Positions 53,770 to 64,000 of a DNA stretch of 64,000 nucleotides are shown here, in pieces. Each line of letters begins with the position of its first letter. Positions within the stretch are counted from its first letter, which is position 1. A program made the translations under genes and the position numbers. The stretch comes from Camelus dromedarius (Eukaryota), in NCBI RefSeq assembly GCF_036321535.1, contig NC_087436.1, positions 35,466,001 through 35,530,000 on the forward strand. Direction: 5' to 3'. Below the pieces are notes generated by a model. It saw only the letters and a program-made list of their open reading frames with translations, was not told the DNA's origin and searched no databases.

Positions 53770-54100
53770 TTAAACCAAAGCTTTGAAAGTTAATTGCAAC
53801 CTCTCCTTTGTGGAAAGCATAGAGTTGACAGGCAGGAGTTGGCAGTAGAGAGACCACCACTAAAGAGAATGTCTGGTATGCATCGAGGGACGCAGAAGGT
53901 ATCACTCCAAAGAAAACACTGAGGTAAAAGAGGGAAATTCAGTGCTAGGGGAAATTACCGCTGCAAGGTGTCCCCAAGGTTTGCCTGCATCCTGTCTTTC
54001 AGGCTTTGTTCAGAACTTCTGTAGGTCCATAAATTCCCACATTTGTCTTTAACTAGTTTAAGTTGAGTCTGTCACATACAACCCAAAGAGTTCTAACTAT
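53770..54100 (+). mobile_element. Old ERVL/MaLR-type LTR (LTR16-like) 3' part, probably continuing from about 53.05-53.2 kb
   Basis: The terminal ttaactagtttaagttgagtctgtcacatacaacccaaagagttctaacta matches an LTR16/MLT1-type 3' end. Confidence 0.55.
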
Positions 54101-55999
54101 ATAGTTGCCCTTATTTTTTTCACATGCCTGTCTCCCTTCAACAGATTTGCAACTTCTGGAATGCATGGGCTATGTGTTATTTATCCCCAGTGCAGAGCAT
54201 GATTCCTGCCCCAAAGTAGCCACCAAATGAATCAATAAATGAGAGAATGAATGAGTTAAGTGACTAGATCCTGAACAAATTAATCAAGACTAGTAGCTAA
54301 TTATTTCATTCAGCAGCTTACCTATAGTTTTACTCTGGCCAAAACTGGTGCATTGTCAGTGTTTTAGGTCCTAAGGTAACTAACTCACACACTTAATCCA
54401 TCAAAAAAGGGAGATGGAATAGAAAACATACAAAGATAAACACAGAAACATAATTAGCCATGGAAATAGCTACTTATCTTGTTTATTACTGGTTAAATAA
54501 CAATTTATATTAGGTAAAAGAAAAATCAACATCCTTTCTAGGCTTCATACAATTTTAAACTTGGGGACCATCATGATAGATACCAAAGTACACATGAAGT
54601 AAAAATGTCCCTTTTCTTGTTTTGACTTTAATAACATCTATGTCAATACATTTTCACGCAGATCTTTATAGACAGAATAATTCTAATACCAATAAAAGCT
54701 TTAAAATATGATACAAATGTCATTGTGAAGACATTCCATGAAATCTTCCTTTAAAAAAGTAAGAAAATGGTTCCAACAAAAGGATACACTTTTAAGAGGA
54801 CAAACGAGAAACTGAGTGAAGATGGTGTGGCTGGTGTATAGTCTCTTCCCATCAAAAAAATACAATTGGTGGTGGGAGTGGCCTGGGAGACGTCTCCTGT
54901 GCTGCGAGATGACTAATTGTATATAAACCACATAAATGGCCCACAATGAGCTGTTCATCCATTCAGAGCAATTTGACAGGAAAAAAATAAAAGAGGGTTT
55001 CAGGCTTCCAAAATTCACAAGGACTTAGAGTACTCTGAGATTTCCACTTAGCTTCTCCTTTTGTCCAAATTATCTTGCATTCCAGAATTCTAGACTCAGC
55101 CAACACCAGATGGATTTTTCAAGTTTACTGAGGTCTAAACGTGAAGCCCACAGGAAGCACCGTGAGCAGATTCAGGGTCTGAGATGGGGAAAAGACTCTC
55201 AGGGGCTTACAAATAACCGCTTTGTGTCAAATCTGCTCGGTGTGGCTGGCAAGAGGCTCACCCCGCAGCTGTGGGGAGGTTCGCCGTCAGTCCCTAGCCA
55301 CCGAGACCATCGGCCAACTGTTCTCTCTGAGAAAGAATTAAGTCAAAATCACCAATGTTTACTCCTTAGGGTCTTATTTCAAAACTATTAATATTAAATT
55401 TCAGAGACCTCCAAGAACAGACTTCATTGAAGCTTCTCAACCTGTTGGAACGTTCAGTCACAATGTTAGGTCGTCTTGATTTCTAAATTCAATTCCCCCT
55501 GTTGCAGCCAAAGTCCTATTCCATGCTCCCTCCTCGGGGAGATAAAGTACACAGCCCCTCTTCTGAGCTGCAGCACTCCTCACACTGAAGAAGCTGTCCC
55601 CCTTTTTATTCTCAAGGTCTTATTTTATGATCAAATAACCATCTGTGTGAATCTCCCCAGAACCATTTCCAGGTTCTTTTTCTTTTTTTTTTTTTTTTTC
55701 AGTTTTGCATTTCCTGTTATTTGTACCATCATTAGAATGAAGAAAATCCACAACAAAATGACCTAACCCCTCTAAGTATGAACTTTGAGGGAACAGAGAA
55801 GGAGCCAAAGGTTTGCAACCTTCCTTATATTATCCTCTCTGCACTGTTAGAATAACTTAGTTTTTACAAATATTTCAATTAATTAACTTTTCACTCATTT
55901 AGTCTCAGTACAAGAGCAAGGTAGAGCTGCTTGATTAACTTATTACTTGGTTTTACCTTTTGTTTCCACCTGAAAGACACGTTTTTATCCAGAGACTTT

Positions 56000-56985
56000 T
56001 ATTTTATTTTATTTTTAAATTTTAAAGATACATTTATACATAAGTTCTCATTCTATGAAAATTAAACATTTATACTCGAATAAGTTCTGTTGTATACACT
56101 ATGAACAAGTCAAAAAAAGCACAATGTTGGGAGAAGTAAAGGTATTTCTTTTTTACATGTGTACTTTTATGTACACAAAGAATATATTCTAATTAAGCAT
56201 TCAGACAACACAAAAATCTATCAAAGGAAAATGAAAACTCCCTTCACTCCTTCCCCAAATTCATTTCCACTCTCAGAGGTAACTACTAGTAAAAGTTTGT
56301 GTAGATCCTTCTAGACAGTTTTCCGTACATTCACAAATGTGCATATATACGTGTACATACTCATGTGCACGTATGTACACCCTCTCAGTTTTTCACAAAG
56401 ACAACATCTAGAGAATCTTTCCATGTTAGTATATATTTCATTCATTTGGATGACTACAGGATTTCGTAGGTAAGACCCTGTCATAAGTTATTGAACAATT
56501 ATTCTATTGATGCATGTTGATGAAAATTTTAGTTTTCCATTATTTAAACAATGCTGACTTGACATTATGAGGACATATTTTTCCATACATGCCAGTATTT
56601 CTATGGCAAAAGTGTATTTGCCATGTCTACTAAATATGCATTTTTTAACATTTTGAAAAGGTACTATTCTGTGTCTTCCCAAAAGGACAGTTTACACTAT
56701 GACCTCCAACGAACACGACTGGTCTACCCACCCTTATCAGCATTTGGAGGTTGTGAGAGGTTTCTAAAGAATGAACAATAATATCCTATTTCATTGATTT
56801 TTATAAGGTTGGGCATCTTTATATATTTTTCCTGGCCATTTATTTTTTGAATTCTTGATTTTCTTTGACCAGATTTCTTCAGGATTGTTTGTCTTCTTCA
56901 TATGGATTAGTAAAATCTCCTTAGATACTGTGCACATCAGCCCTTTATTACGTGTGTCACAATACTTTCCCCTAATCTGTTGTTA
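56000..56985 (-). mobile_element. Ancient L1ME-like 3' region
   Basis: ctcagaggtaactactagtaaaagtttgtgtagatccttctagac...gaatctttccatgttagta...ttctattgatgcatgt...gggcatctttatatatttt. Confidence 0.7.
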
Positions 56986-56988
56986 ATG

Positions 56989-57853
56989 TTTTTTTAACAT
57001 TTTTTATTGAGTTATAGTCATTTTACAATGTTATGTCAAATTCCAGTGTAGAGTATAATTTTTCAGTTATACATGAACATACATATATTCTTTGTCACAT
57101 TTTTTTTCACTGTGAGCTACCACAAGATCTTGTATATATTTCCCTGTGCTATACAGTATAATCTTGTTTATCTATTCTACATATGCCTGTCAGTATCTAC
57201 AAATTTTGAACTCCCAGCCTATCCCTTCCCACCCCCCACCCCCCACCTTGGCAACCACAAGTTTGTATTCTATGTCTATGAGTCTGTTTCTGTTTTGTAT
57301 TTATGTTCTTTTTTCTTTTTAGATTCCACATATGAGTGATCTCATATGGTATTTTTATTTCTCTTTCTAGCTTACTTCACTTAGAATAAGATTCTCCAGG
57401 AACATTCATGTTGCTGCAAATAGTGTTATGTTGTTGGTTTTTATGGCTGAATAGTATTCCATTGTATAAATATACCACAGCTTCTTTATCCAGTCATCTG
57501 TCGATGGGCATTTAGGCTGTTTCCATGTCTTGGCTATTGTAAATAGTGCTGCTATGAACACTGGGGTGCAGGTGTCTTTTTGAAGTAGGGTTCCTTCTGG
57601 ATTTATGCCCAGGAGCAGGATTTCTGGGTCATATAGTAAGTCTATTCCTAATCTTTTGAGGAATCTCCACACTGTTTTCCACAGTGGCTGCACCAAACTG
57701 CATTCCCACCAGCAGTGTAGGAGGGTTCCCTTTTCTCCACAGCCTCTCCAGCATTTGTCATTTGTGGACTTTTGAATGATGGCCATTCTGACTGGTGTGA
57801 GGTGATACCTCACTATAGTTTTGATTTGCATTTCTCTGATAATTAGTGATATT
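56989..57853 (-). mobile_element. Young 5'-truncated L1 (camelid-type 3'UTR) with an intact ORF2p C-terminal CCHC region
   Basis: The ORF at 57406-57831 reads [17 protein letters not shown]...[18 protein letters not shown]...[28 protein letters not shown]. The G-rich 3'UTR and T-rich tail lie at the left end. Confidence 0.95.
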
Positions 57854-58049
57854 CCAGGTTCTTTTTCTAAAACTGTGAAGTCCTAAACTGGATATAAGAT
57901 GAGACAGGAGCACTTCATAATGTCTTTCTACCAAGGTTTTTGAGTCATAATTTAACTGTAAATCTTCAAGGAGTGCTCTGCCTTCCACATTCATATCCCC
58001 ACATGACACATCCTCAGTTTCTATAATGTCACAAAGGGATGCCCAGGAA

Positions 58050-59640
58050 AAGCCCTCCGTACGCACCGTTTCCTCTCCCTGCCTCCTACCCCCACCCAGG
58101 ATAATCATCCTTTGCTCACACAATTAACACTGTTCTTGCCAAGATCTGAGTTGACAAATCTAATGAACACTTTTCAGTTCATATCTCAGTAAACTTCTTG
58201 GCAACATTTGACTGCCACGCTTTCTTCTGTCTTGATGACATCACTTTTTCCTCTACTTCTCAGGAAGCACCTTCTAAGTTGCCTTCAAGGTGCCTCCTTG
58301 TCTGCCTTTTAAATATTGGTTATCCCCAAGTGTCCAACGCAGGCACCCGTCTCTTCTTCGTACCTGCTTTCCTGGGCCAGCCCTCTTACTCCCATAGTAT
58401 CAGCCACACTCACATCCCAAAGGGTATGAGATCACTGTCTTCAGCTCTCCCTTGTAAGTTTCTGTTCCTTTTTTTTTTTTTTTTTTTTACAATGCCTGTT
58501 AGAAATTGCACCCAAAAACACTTAAAACTCAACATGGTCAGATCTCCATGTCTCATATGGTTATAAGGCATCCATGTAGTGAATGGCACAGTATTTATCC
58601 AGATTTTCAAGTGAGAAATCTGAGAACGCTTGCCTCTTCTCTTACTCATTCATTCATTCACTCAACAATTGTCTGTATTTGCATCTCCCTATTTCAATAC
58701 TATGCTAGGTTCTTGAGCTAGAATAGGGAACAAAGCAAATAAATTCCCTACCCTTGTGACAGAACAGAGATTAAATAAACTACCTTATACATGGATGAGT
58801 GTTACAGATTGTTATAAGTAATAAAGTAAAGGTATGCCATTAGAATATCTCCTTAGGGCTTTGAGGAGGTCACATTAAGCTAAATCTAAGGATGAGTAGT
58901 GTTCAGTCAGCCTGGTTCTGCCCATCTGCCCCTTCTCTTCTACGACACATGTGGGATCATCTGAATCCCCCTAATTTCCTCTGTAGCTAAACAATAGCAC
59001 AAATATCTATTTCTCACCACTTACACCATCCATTCTCCTAAAACGTAAATCGGATTCCCGTCACTCCCACACCAAATATCCCTCATTATCTTCCCTCCAC
59101 CTTGAGTTCAAAATTTAAACTCACTCAATACCGCACATCAGGACCTTCACGATCTGACTAGGGCTTTCCTCAGTTTACAGAAACCTTTGTGCTTGCAGAG
59201 TTCCTCGTGTGGAAAGCCCTTTCCCTTCACCCAGTCCCTTCATCTGGTGATTTTCCATTTATTTTTTAATACTCATTTAGTACTCATTCTAAGATGACCT
59301 GCAGTCCAGGCCACCTAATTACCCGGCTCCAGAAAGCAACGTTCACCTGGGCTCCAGGAGGTGCCATTGGCAGGGACTCGAGGCAACCAGCACACATCCA
59401 GAGCTGTGCAGGGATTCAGCCCTGCCCCGACTCACAGTGTAGACCCCCAACAGTAGTGTTTCCAGGCAGCCTGAACTCAGATCTGTCAGAGTGCTCTCCA
59501 CGCACTTCTGTTCCTGCTTGTTTTCCGTGATCCCCCCCTAGATTGAACCCCCTGCAGGCAGGGCCAGGTGTTTGTTTCTACACAAGCACATGGCCACATG
59601 CCTAGTCAACAGTATGTGTTCAAAGACTGGGGAAATTTGG
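58050..59640. mobile_element. Cluster of decayed L2 fragments in both orientations
   Basis: ttgacaaatctaatgaacacttttcag..., aaacacttaaaactcaacatgg..., cattcattcattcactcaacaa..., cccctgcaggcagggccagg are L2 hallmarks. Confidence 0.6.
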
Positions 59641-60649
59641 AATAAAGTTAAATATTGTAAAGCAAAAAGGAAAGAAAAATAAAATAATGGACAAAGGATT
59701 TTGCTGTTCTCATACAAGTTTGTACGAGAGATTATATCTTTGATTGCTGGGCTTTTCCAGTGAGTGCCTTCGGGTATCTTCCTTTTGTCATTCTTTTGCC
59801 GCAAAGATCCTATCTTGTTAACATATTTGCTTCCAGTGCTACGTGGCCCTACCACTCCAGAGATAACCCCGAGGACATTATTGTAATGTAATGAAGCTGA
59901 AGTACCCCTTCTTCTCATCTAACTTGGAAAGCTGTGTTTCCATGGACACAAGGGGAAGATGTACCTAACAGAAAACACTGTCACCACAGAAGCGCATTTT
60001 TTATTTATGGCCAGCTGCATTTTGTTTACTAATACCGTCTCTCTTCTCTCTCTATCCACCCTGGAAACCCATCTGTAAATCTTATTGCTTCTGAGGGAAT
60101 TTAGTGACTTACCTAAAATAATAAACTCATATATTATTCACTTATTATATACAATATACATATATGCAAACACATATATATGCACATATATGTAAATGTT
60201 TGTACAAAATCTTGGGTTTCCCTGTGATTACATTAGTAATACAGGCTCACTGCAAAAAATTCAAATGTTTGAATCACTTAATAAATAGATGTTTCTCCTA
60301 CTTTCCCCATCTAGAACTTTTTGACTTAAAAAAAAGTGAATAAGTCTCCTTTATCCTTTAAAACCTGCTCTCCACAGAAAACTAACAGTGAGATATTTTC
60401 CTCAATTTTTACCTGTGTAGATATACATTGTCTATAGATTTCTGTTTTTTACAAAATGGGATGATGCTAAACGTATCAGTCTTCAACATGGTTTTTCATT
60501 AATCTACCATGAACATATTTCCAAGTCAGTATTTCTAGATCTGACTCACCTTTTTAAGACAGACTAATAAATTTCTATAGAATAGATGTATCACAAATTT
60601 CAACATTATTTATGGCCTTTGGTTCACAGACAATTGTTGACAGAGTTGG

Positions 60650-60917
60650 GGTGGGAAGAGAAGAAGGAGCAGGCCAGGAGCCAGCTCCCCCTGTGCTGTC
60701 ATATCCTGCACAGAACTTTAAAGATTCCAAGAATTCCAAATTCCAACACACGTTCCCGGTCATTATGAAGTCACAAGTGTCAAAGTAGGAGGATAGAACA
60801 TATTTTACCTAACATTCTATTAGTTAAACTTACAATTTTAAAATATTTAGACTTATAATATGTGGCCCTCCACTCGTGCTTTCACAATGGGCCCCACAAA
60901 CGTTAGAGGAAGCCCTG
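60650..60917 (-). mobile_element. MER115/Zaphod-like hAT-Tip100 fragment
   Basis: The reverse complement cagggcttcctctaacgtttgtggggccc...gtctaaatattttaaaa...taaaatatgttctatcctcctactttgaca matches the recalled MER115 5' end. Confidence 0.7.
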
Positions 60918-61019
60918 AAAGTGTACACATTTGCTAATTTGCTAATAGTAAACAAGATGAAAGAGAGAGAGAGAAATAAAGAAAGGAGAGAGAAAGCCAC
61001 AAACAAACAACAGTAAGAA

Positions 61020-61745
61020 TGAACAGTGGGCAACACTGCCAGATACAATAGAAATTAAAGAGAATACTAAGAAAAAAAAACTTCACATAAAATGATTTTA
61101 CCAAAACTGCCTTATGTTAAAAGAAAAAGTCCAAATTGTCCTATAACACTAAATAAATTGAGTGGGAAAAAAAAAAAGAGGAAGTAAAAATGTATCATGA
61201 AGGAAAAATAAAATAACTGGGATCTGATAGTTTTTAAAGTTTCATCAAAACATTCAAGAAACAGAGAATTCCAATATTACACAAGCTCTTTCCAAAAAAA
61301 GAAACTAAAAATAAAAGTTTTCAACTCATTTTACGGGATTGGTACACTCTTGGTTCCAAAATTAAACAAGGAATGTGCCAGGCGAATCCCTTGTATGAAC
61401 ACTGATGCAAAATGCTGAACCAAATATTAGCAAGCCAAATCCAGTAATTAACGAAAGTGATGTTACACCAAGTTTGTTAACTCCAAAAGAGCTAGAATGA
61501 TTTGTCATTAGAAATTCTACCAATAAAATTCATTACTCTAATAGATTTAAAAGGGAAAACTGTGACCATATCAATAGATACTGGAAAAGTATTCAATGAA
61601 ATTCAAATTTGATTCATAACAGAAAATAACAGAGGAGGGATATTCCCTTAGGAAGATGATGAGTACACCCAAAAAAAGGAATGAAAAGAGAATGCCAGCA
61701 AGTTATATTTAATGGTGAAACATTAGAAGTCTTCCCATTAAAATG
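61020..61745 (+). mobile_element. Ancient L1M ORF2 (RT N-terminal region), decayed
   Basis: tcaactcatttt...tatgaacactgatgcaaaatgctgaaccaaatattagcaa...tcaatagatactggaaaagtattcaatgaaattcaa...atatttaatggtgaaa correspond to MNTDAK/ISID/IFNGE motifs. Confidence 0.8.
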
Positions 61746-62699
61746 TTTAATTTTAATAGATACTACTAAATAATCTCCCAAAAGATTCTGCTATTACAGC
61801 CCCCATTATCAACATAGGAATGCCATTTCCCCACACTTCTATCAATGCTGAATATTATTAGTGGTTTTGATCATTGCCATCTGATTTAAAAAAAGACAAT
61901 TTTCATTTCAGTTTTGTAAAGTGCCTCTTGGTGTCCTTTGTGGAGCCTTACTTTCACTTCGGTTGTGGCAGCTCACTGTCAGCACTGCTCTGGGGCCGAG
62001 GGCCACTAGGAGAAGCAGCTAGTAGTCTTAACTGAACCTGATGGTTTCAGTCAAAATGGAAAGTATCTTGATAAAAACTTAACCACAAAGAGTGAGGTAT
62101 AACAATGTTACCATCATCGGAAACGGAGCCAGGACATCCTTATTTTGTCTGATGTCTTTTTCCAGCCACCAAGCCCTTCCAGGGGGAGACAGTCCCTGTG
62201 TGCCCAGCCACGGAACTCCCACAGCCACAAGAGAGGGTCTCAAAGACCCACCTGGAGACGCTGCCCTCAAGCAATGGTCCTCAGGTGAACGTGTGCGGTA
62301 CAACCTCCACCAAATCACGTTTGGAGGGGCACTCGCCGACACAGGCACTCCCCTTACTGCCAGGCCCGTGAAAACTCAGTGATAATACAAGAGGGAGTCC
62401 AATGCCCTTTGTGGGTTCTTGCTTTAACTTCTTTCTCCCAGCAAAGGCCTTTTTTCCAGATGGACGGGGTTCCACAGAAACCCATTCTGTGACCGTAGGT
62501 TCAGCATGAGAGGTTAAAACCCAAGCCTTTTGCTTAAATCGCCAGGAAGAAGAGAGCTGAGATATGTTTCAAAGTTGGGTGACTTTTTGAAACCCTTCCT
62601 GGCGGCCGGGCTGCTGTGAACTGCTGCTCTTCTTCAACGGTAACCTTAGTCCTTCACTGTACATACTAGGGTTAAGATTTGAAACACAAGCAAAGAAGT

Positions 62700-62920
62700 C
62701 TTTGGATTCACAAAGGCCTGGGTTAAACACCAGCTCCTCCACAGAAAGGCTATGTGCCTCTGAGTAAGTTCCTCGAAGCCTCCATTTCCTCGTCTGTCCA
62801 TGAAAGTGATAATAAAGCCCTTTCCTGAGTGATGGTGAGGATTCAAGGAGATAAATGCAGTTAAATCATACCTGCCTCTTAATAAATGTCAACAAATGGT
62901 GGCTGTTATCACTATTATTT
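62700..62920 (+). mobile_element. MIR SINE
   Basis: ctttggattcacaaaggcctgggttaaacaccagctcc...gcctccatttcctcgtctgt...gtgaggattcaaggagata...aataaatgtc. Confidence 0.8.
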
Positions 62921-63062
62921 CTCTCAAAGAATTTCCATTCTAGGTTCTGCAGTCTTTCCTGTTCTTCAGGAGTTTTCTCATCTCCTCAAAGAGCCTTGAA
63001 ATCCAGCCTTAGGGTAAGGATCACTGCATCCTGGTCTGAGCACAATTCATAGCCATGTCCAT

Positions 63063-63081
63063 ACTGCGCCCTCTAGTGGCA
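63063..63081 (-). promoter_or_regulatory. CTCF core motif (candidate insulator or loop anchor)
   Basis: The minus strand reads TGCCACTAGAGGGCGCAGT, which fits CCASYAGRKGGCRS without mismatch. It lies in sequence not recognised as repeat and retains its CpG. Confidence 0.7.
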
Positions 63082-63624
63082 GCCCAGGGACTAGTTGACG
63101 CTTTGGAGGTGCTTGCTCATGGCCTCCAGGGCGAACAGCAGGGGTGCAAGTCTGCCTGATGATGCCAGGTACATGCTTTCCACTCTCAGTTTCACCCAGG
63201 GCTTGGTTGTAGTGATGCTCACAGAGCACTGATGCGTCCTCAAGTCTGACCAAGGCTTGACTCCATAAGGCAAGACGGGGCAAACCACCGTTAATCACTC
63301 TACCAAGCAGCCTTCACGTTCCAGAAACCAGGGGACTTGGCTACATCGACACATCTCACCTTCACAGGCCCACCTGGGACTATCGGGTGCACAGATGTGC
63401 GTTTTATCTAGAGATAGTCCTGAGTATCTCGTGGTTCTACAACATAGATAACAGATGATAAATAAAACCCTATTAAGTAATAGCTTGAAATTATAACTGC
63501 TCTTGGGCCTGGCTGTTCCAAGGTAGCAAAACCAAAACACTGGTGAAATCATACAAGAGTCATGACAAATGTGTTGACACAAAATTCCAACACAGATGCT
63601 CAGTTCAATACGAGAAGGAGAAAT

Positions 63625-63815
63625 GAGAGCTAACGCCTATTTAACCCTCGCCCTGTGTTCAGAGCTGTTCTAAGGGCTTTGCATACATTTGATGATGGAA
63701 CCCTCGAAACAACATGACAAGGCGTTTCTTTTCCCCATATCTCAGATGGGAAAACTGAGACACAAAAGACACTAATAAATTGCCAGAGGTTAATAGCTAC
63801 AAAATGGCAGAATGG
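63625..63815 (-). mobile_element. MIR SINE
   Basis: gagctaacgcctatt...tgttctaagggctttgcatacatt...ccccatatctcagatgggaaaactgagacaca...aaatggcagaa. Confidence 0.8.
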
Positions 63816-64000
63816 AGTGAGTGCCCAATGGCATGAAGAATGCTAAACTGCTTGTCACTGAAAGAAAAAAAAGGACTAAGAAAAAAGACACGTGACATAT
63901 TTTAAAACAAAGCAGACCCCCATCAGTGTAACTGGATGATAACAGTAGGATGGCGAAAGGACTCAGCATGAGGAAGGGAACTTAGAAACTGTTGAAACAA

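Noticed and set aside
1570..60550. Frequent AP-1 heptamers (TGAGTCA/TGACTCA)
   Set aside because: They are dispersed rather than clustered. TG/CA-rich 7-mers are common in CpG-decayed mammalian DNA, so I cannot claim enrichment without a background model.
62165..62284. + strand exon-like segment (ttttccag|...CAG|gtgaac)
   Set aside because: The donor is weak and no frame gives a recognisable peptide.
1..64000. A novel multi-gene system, operon, CRISPR array or defence locus
   Set aside because: The DNA is mammalian and non-coding-like. There is no gene-dense ORF structure, no regularly spaced repeat-spacer array and no recognisable non-L1 protein motif.

Overview
This is AT-rich eutherian mammal genomic DNA, not prokaryotic. 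It is most likely camelid (alpaca/llama/camel). The young L1 3' ends at about 27.1-28.1 kb and 57.0-57.85 kb resemble camelid/cetartiodactyl L1s as I recall them, and I see no Alu, B1/B2, Bov-tA/BovB, PRE-1 or Can-SINE. The window looks intronic or intergenic: a mosaic of ancient MIR, L2, L1M, MaLR/ERVL/ERV1 solo LTRs, hAT/Tigger DNA-transposon relics and microsatellites. I cannot recognise any host protein-coding gene, RNA gene or CRISPR array. The only ORFs with a recognisable product are decayed L1 ORF2 fragments. I found no evidence for a new biological system. The best-supported observations are structural: (1) an inversion of about 2.6 kb (about 48,208-50,792), shown by two LTRs split reciprocally at its ends; (2) a scrambled, tail-less L1-fragment insertion with a TSD-like repeat at 53.2-53.77 kb; (3) a 5'-inverted (twin-primed) L1; (4) a strong CTCF motif at 63.07 kb. 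There are also weak candidate minus-strand exons and cis-regulatory patches. Repeat family names come from recalled consensus similarity, not from a search, and boundaries of old repeats are approximate.
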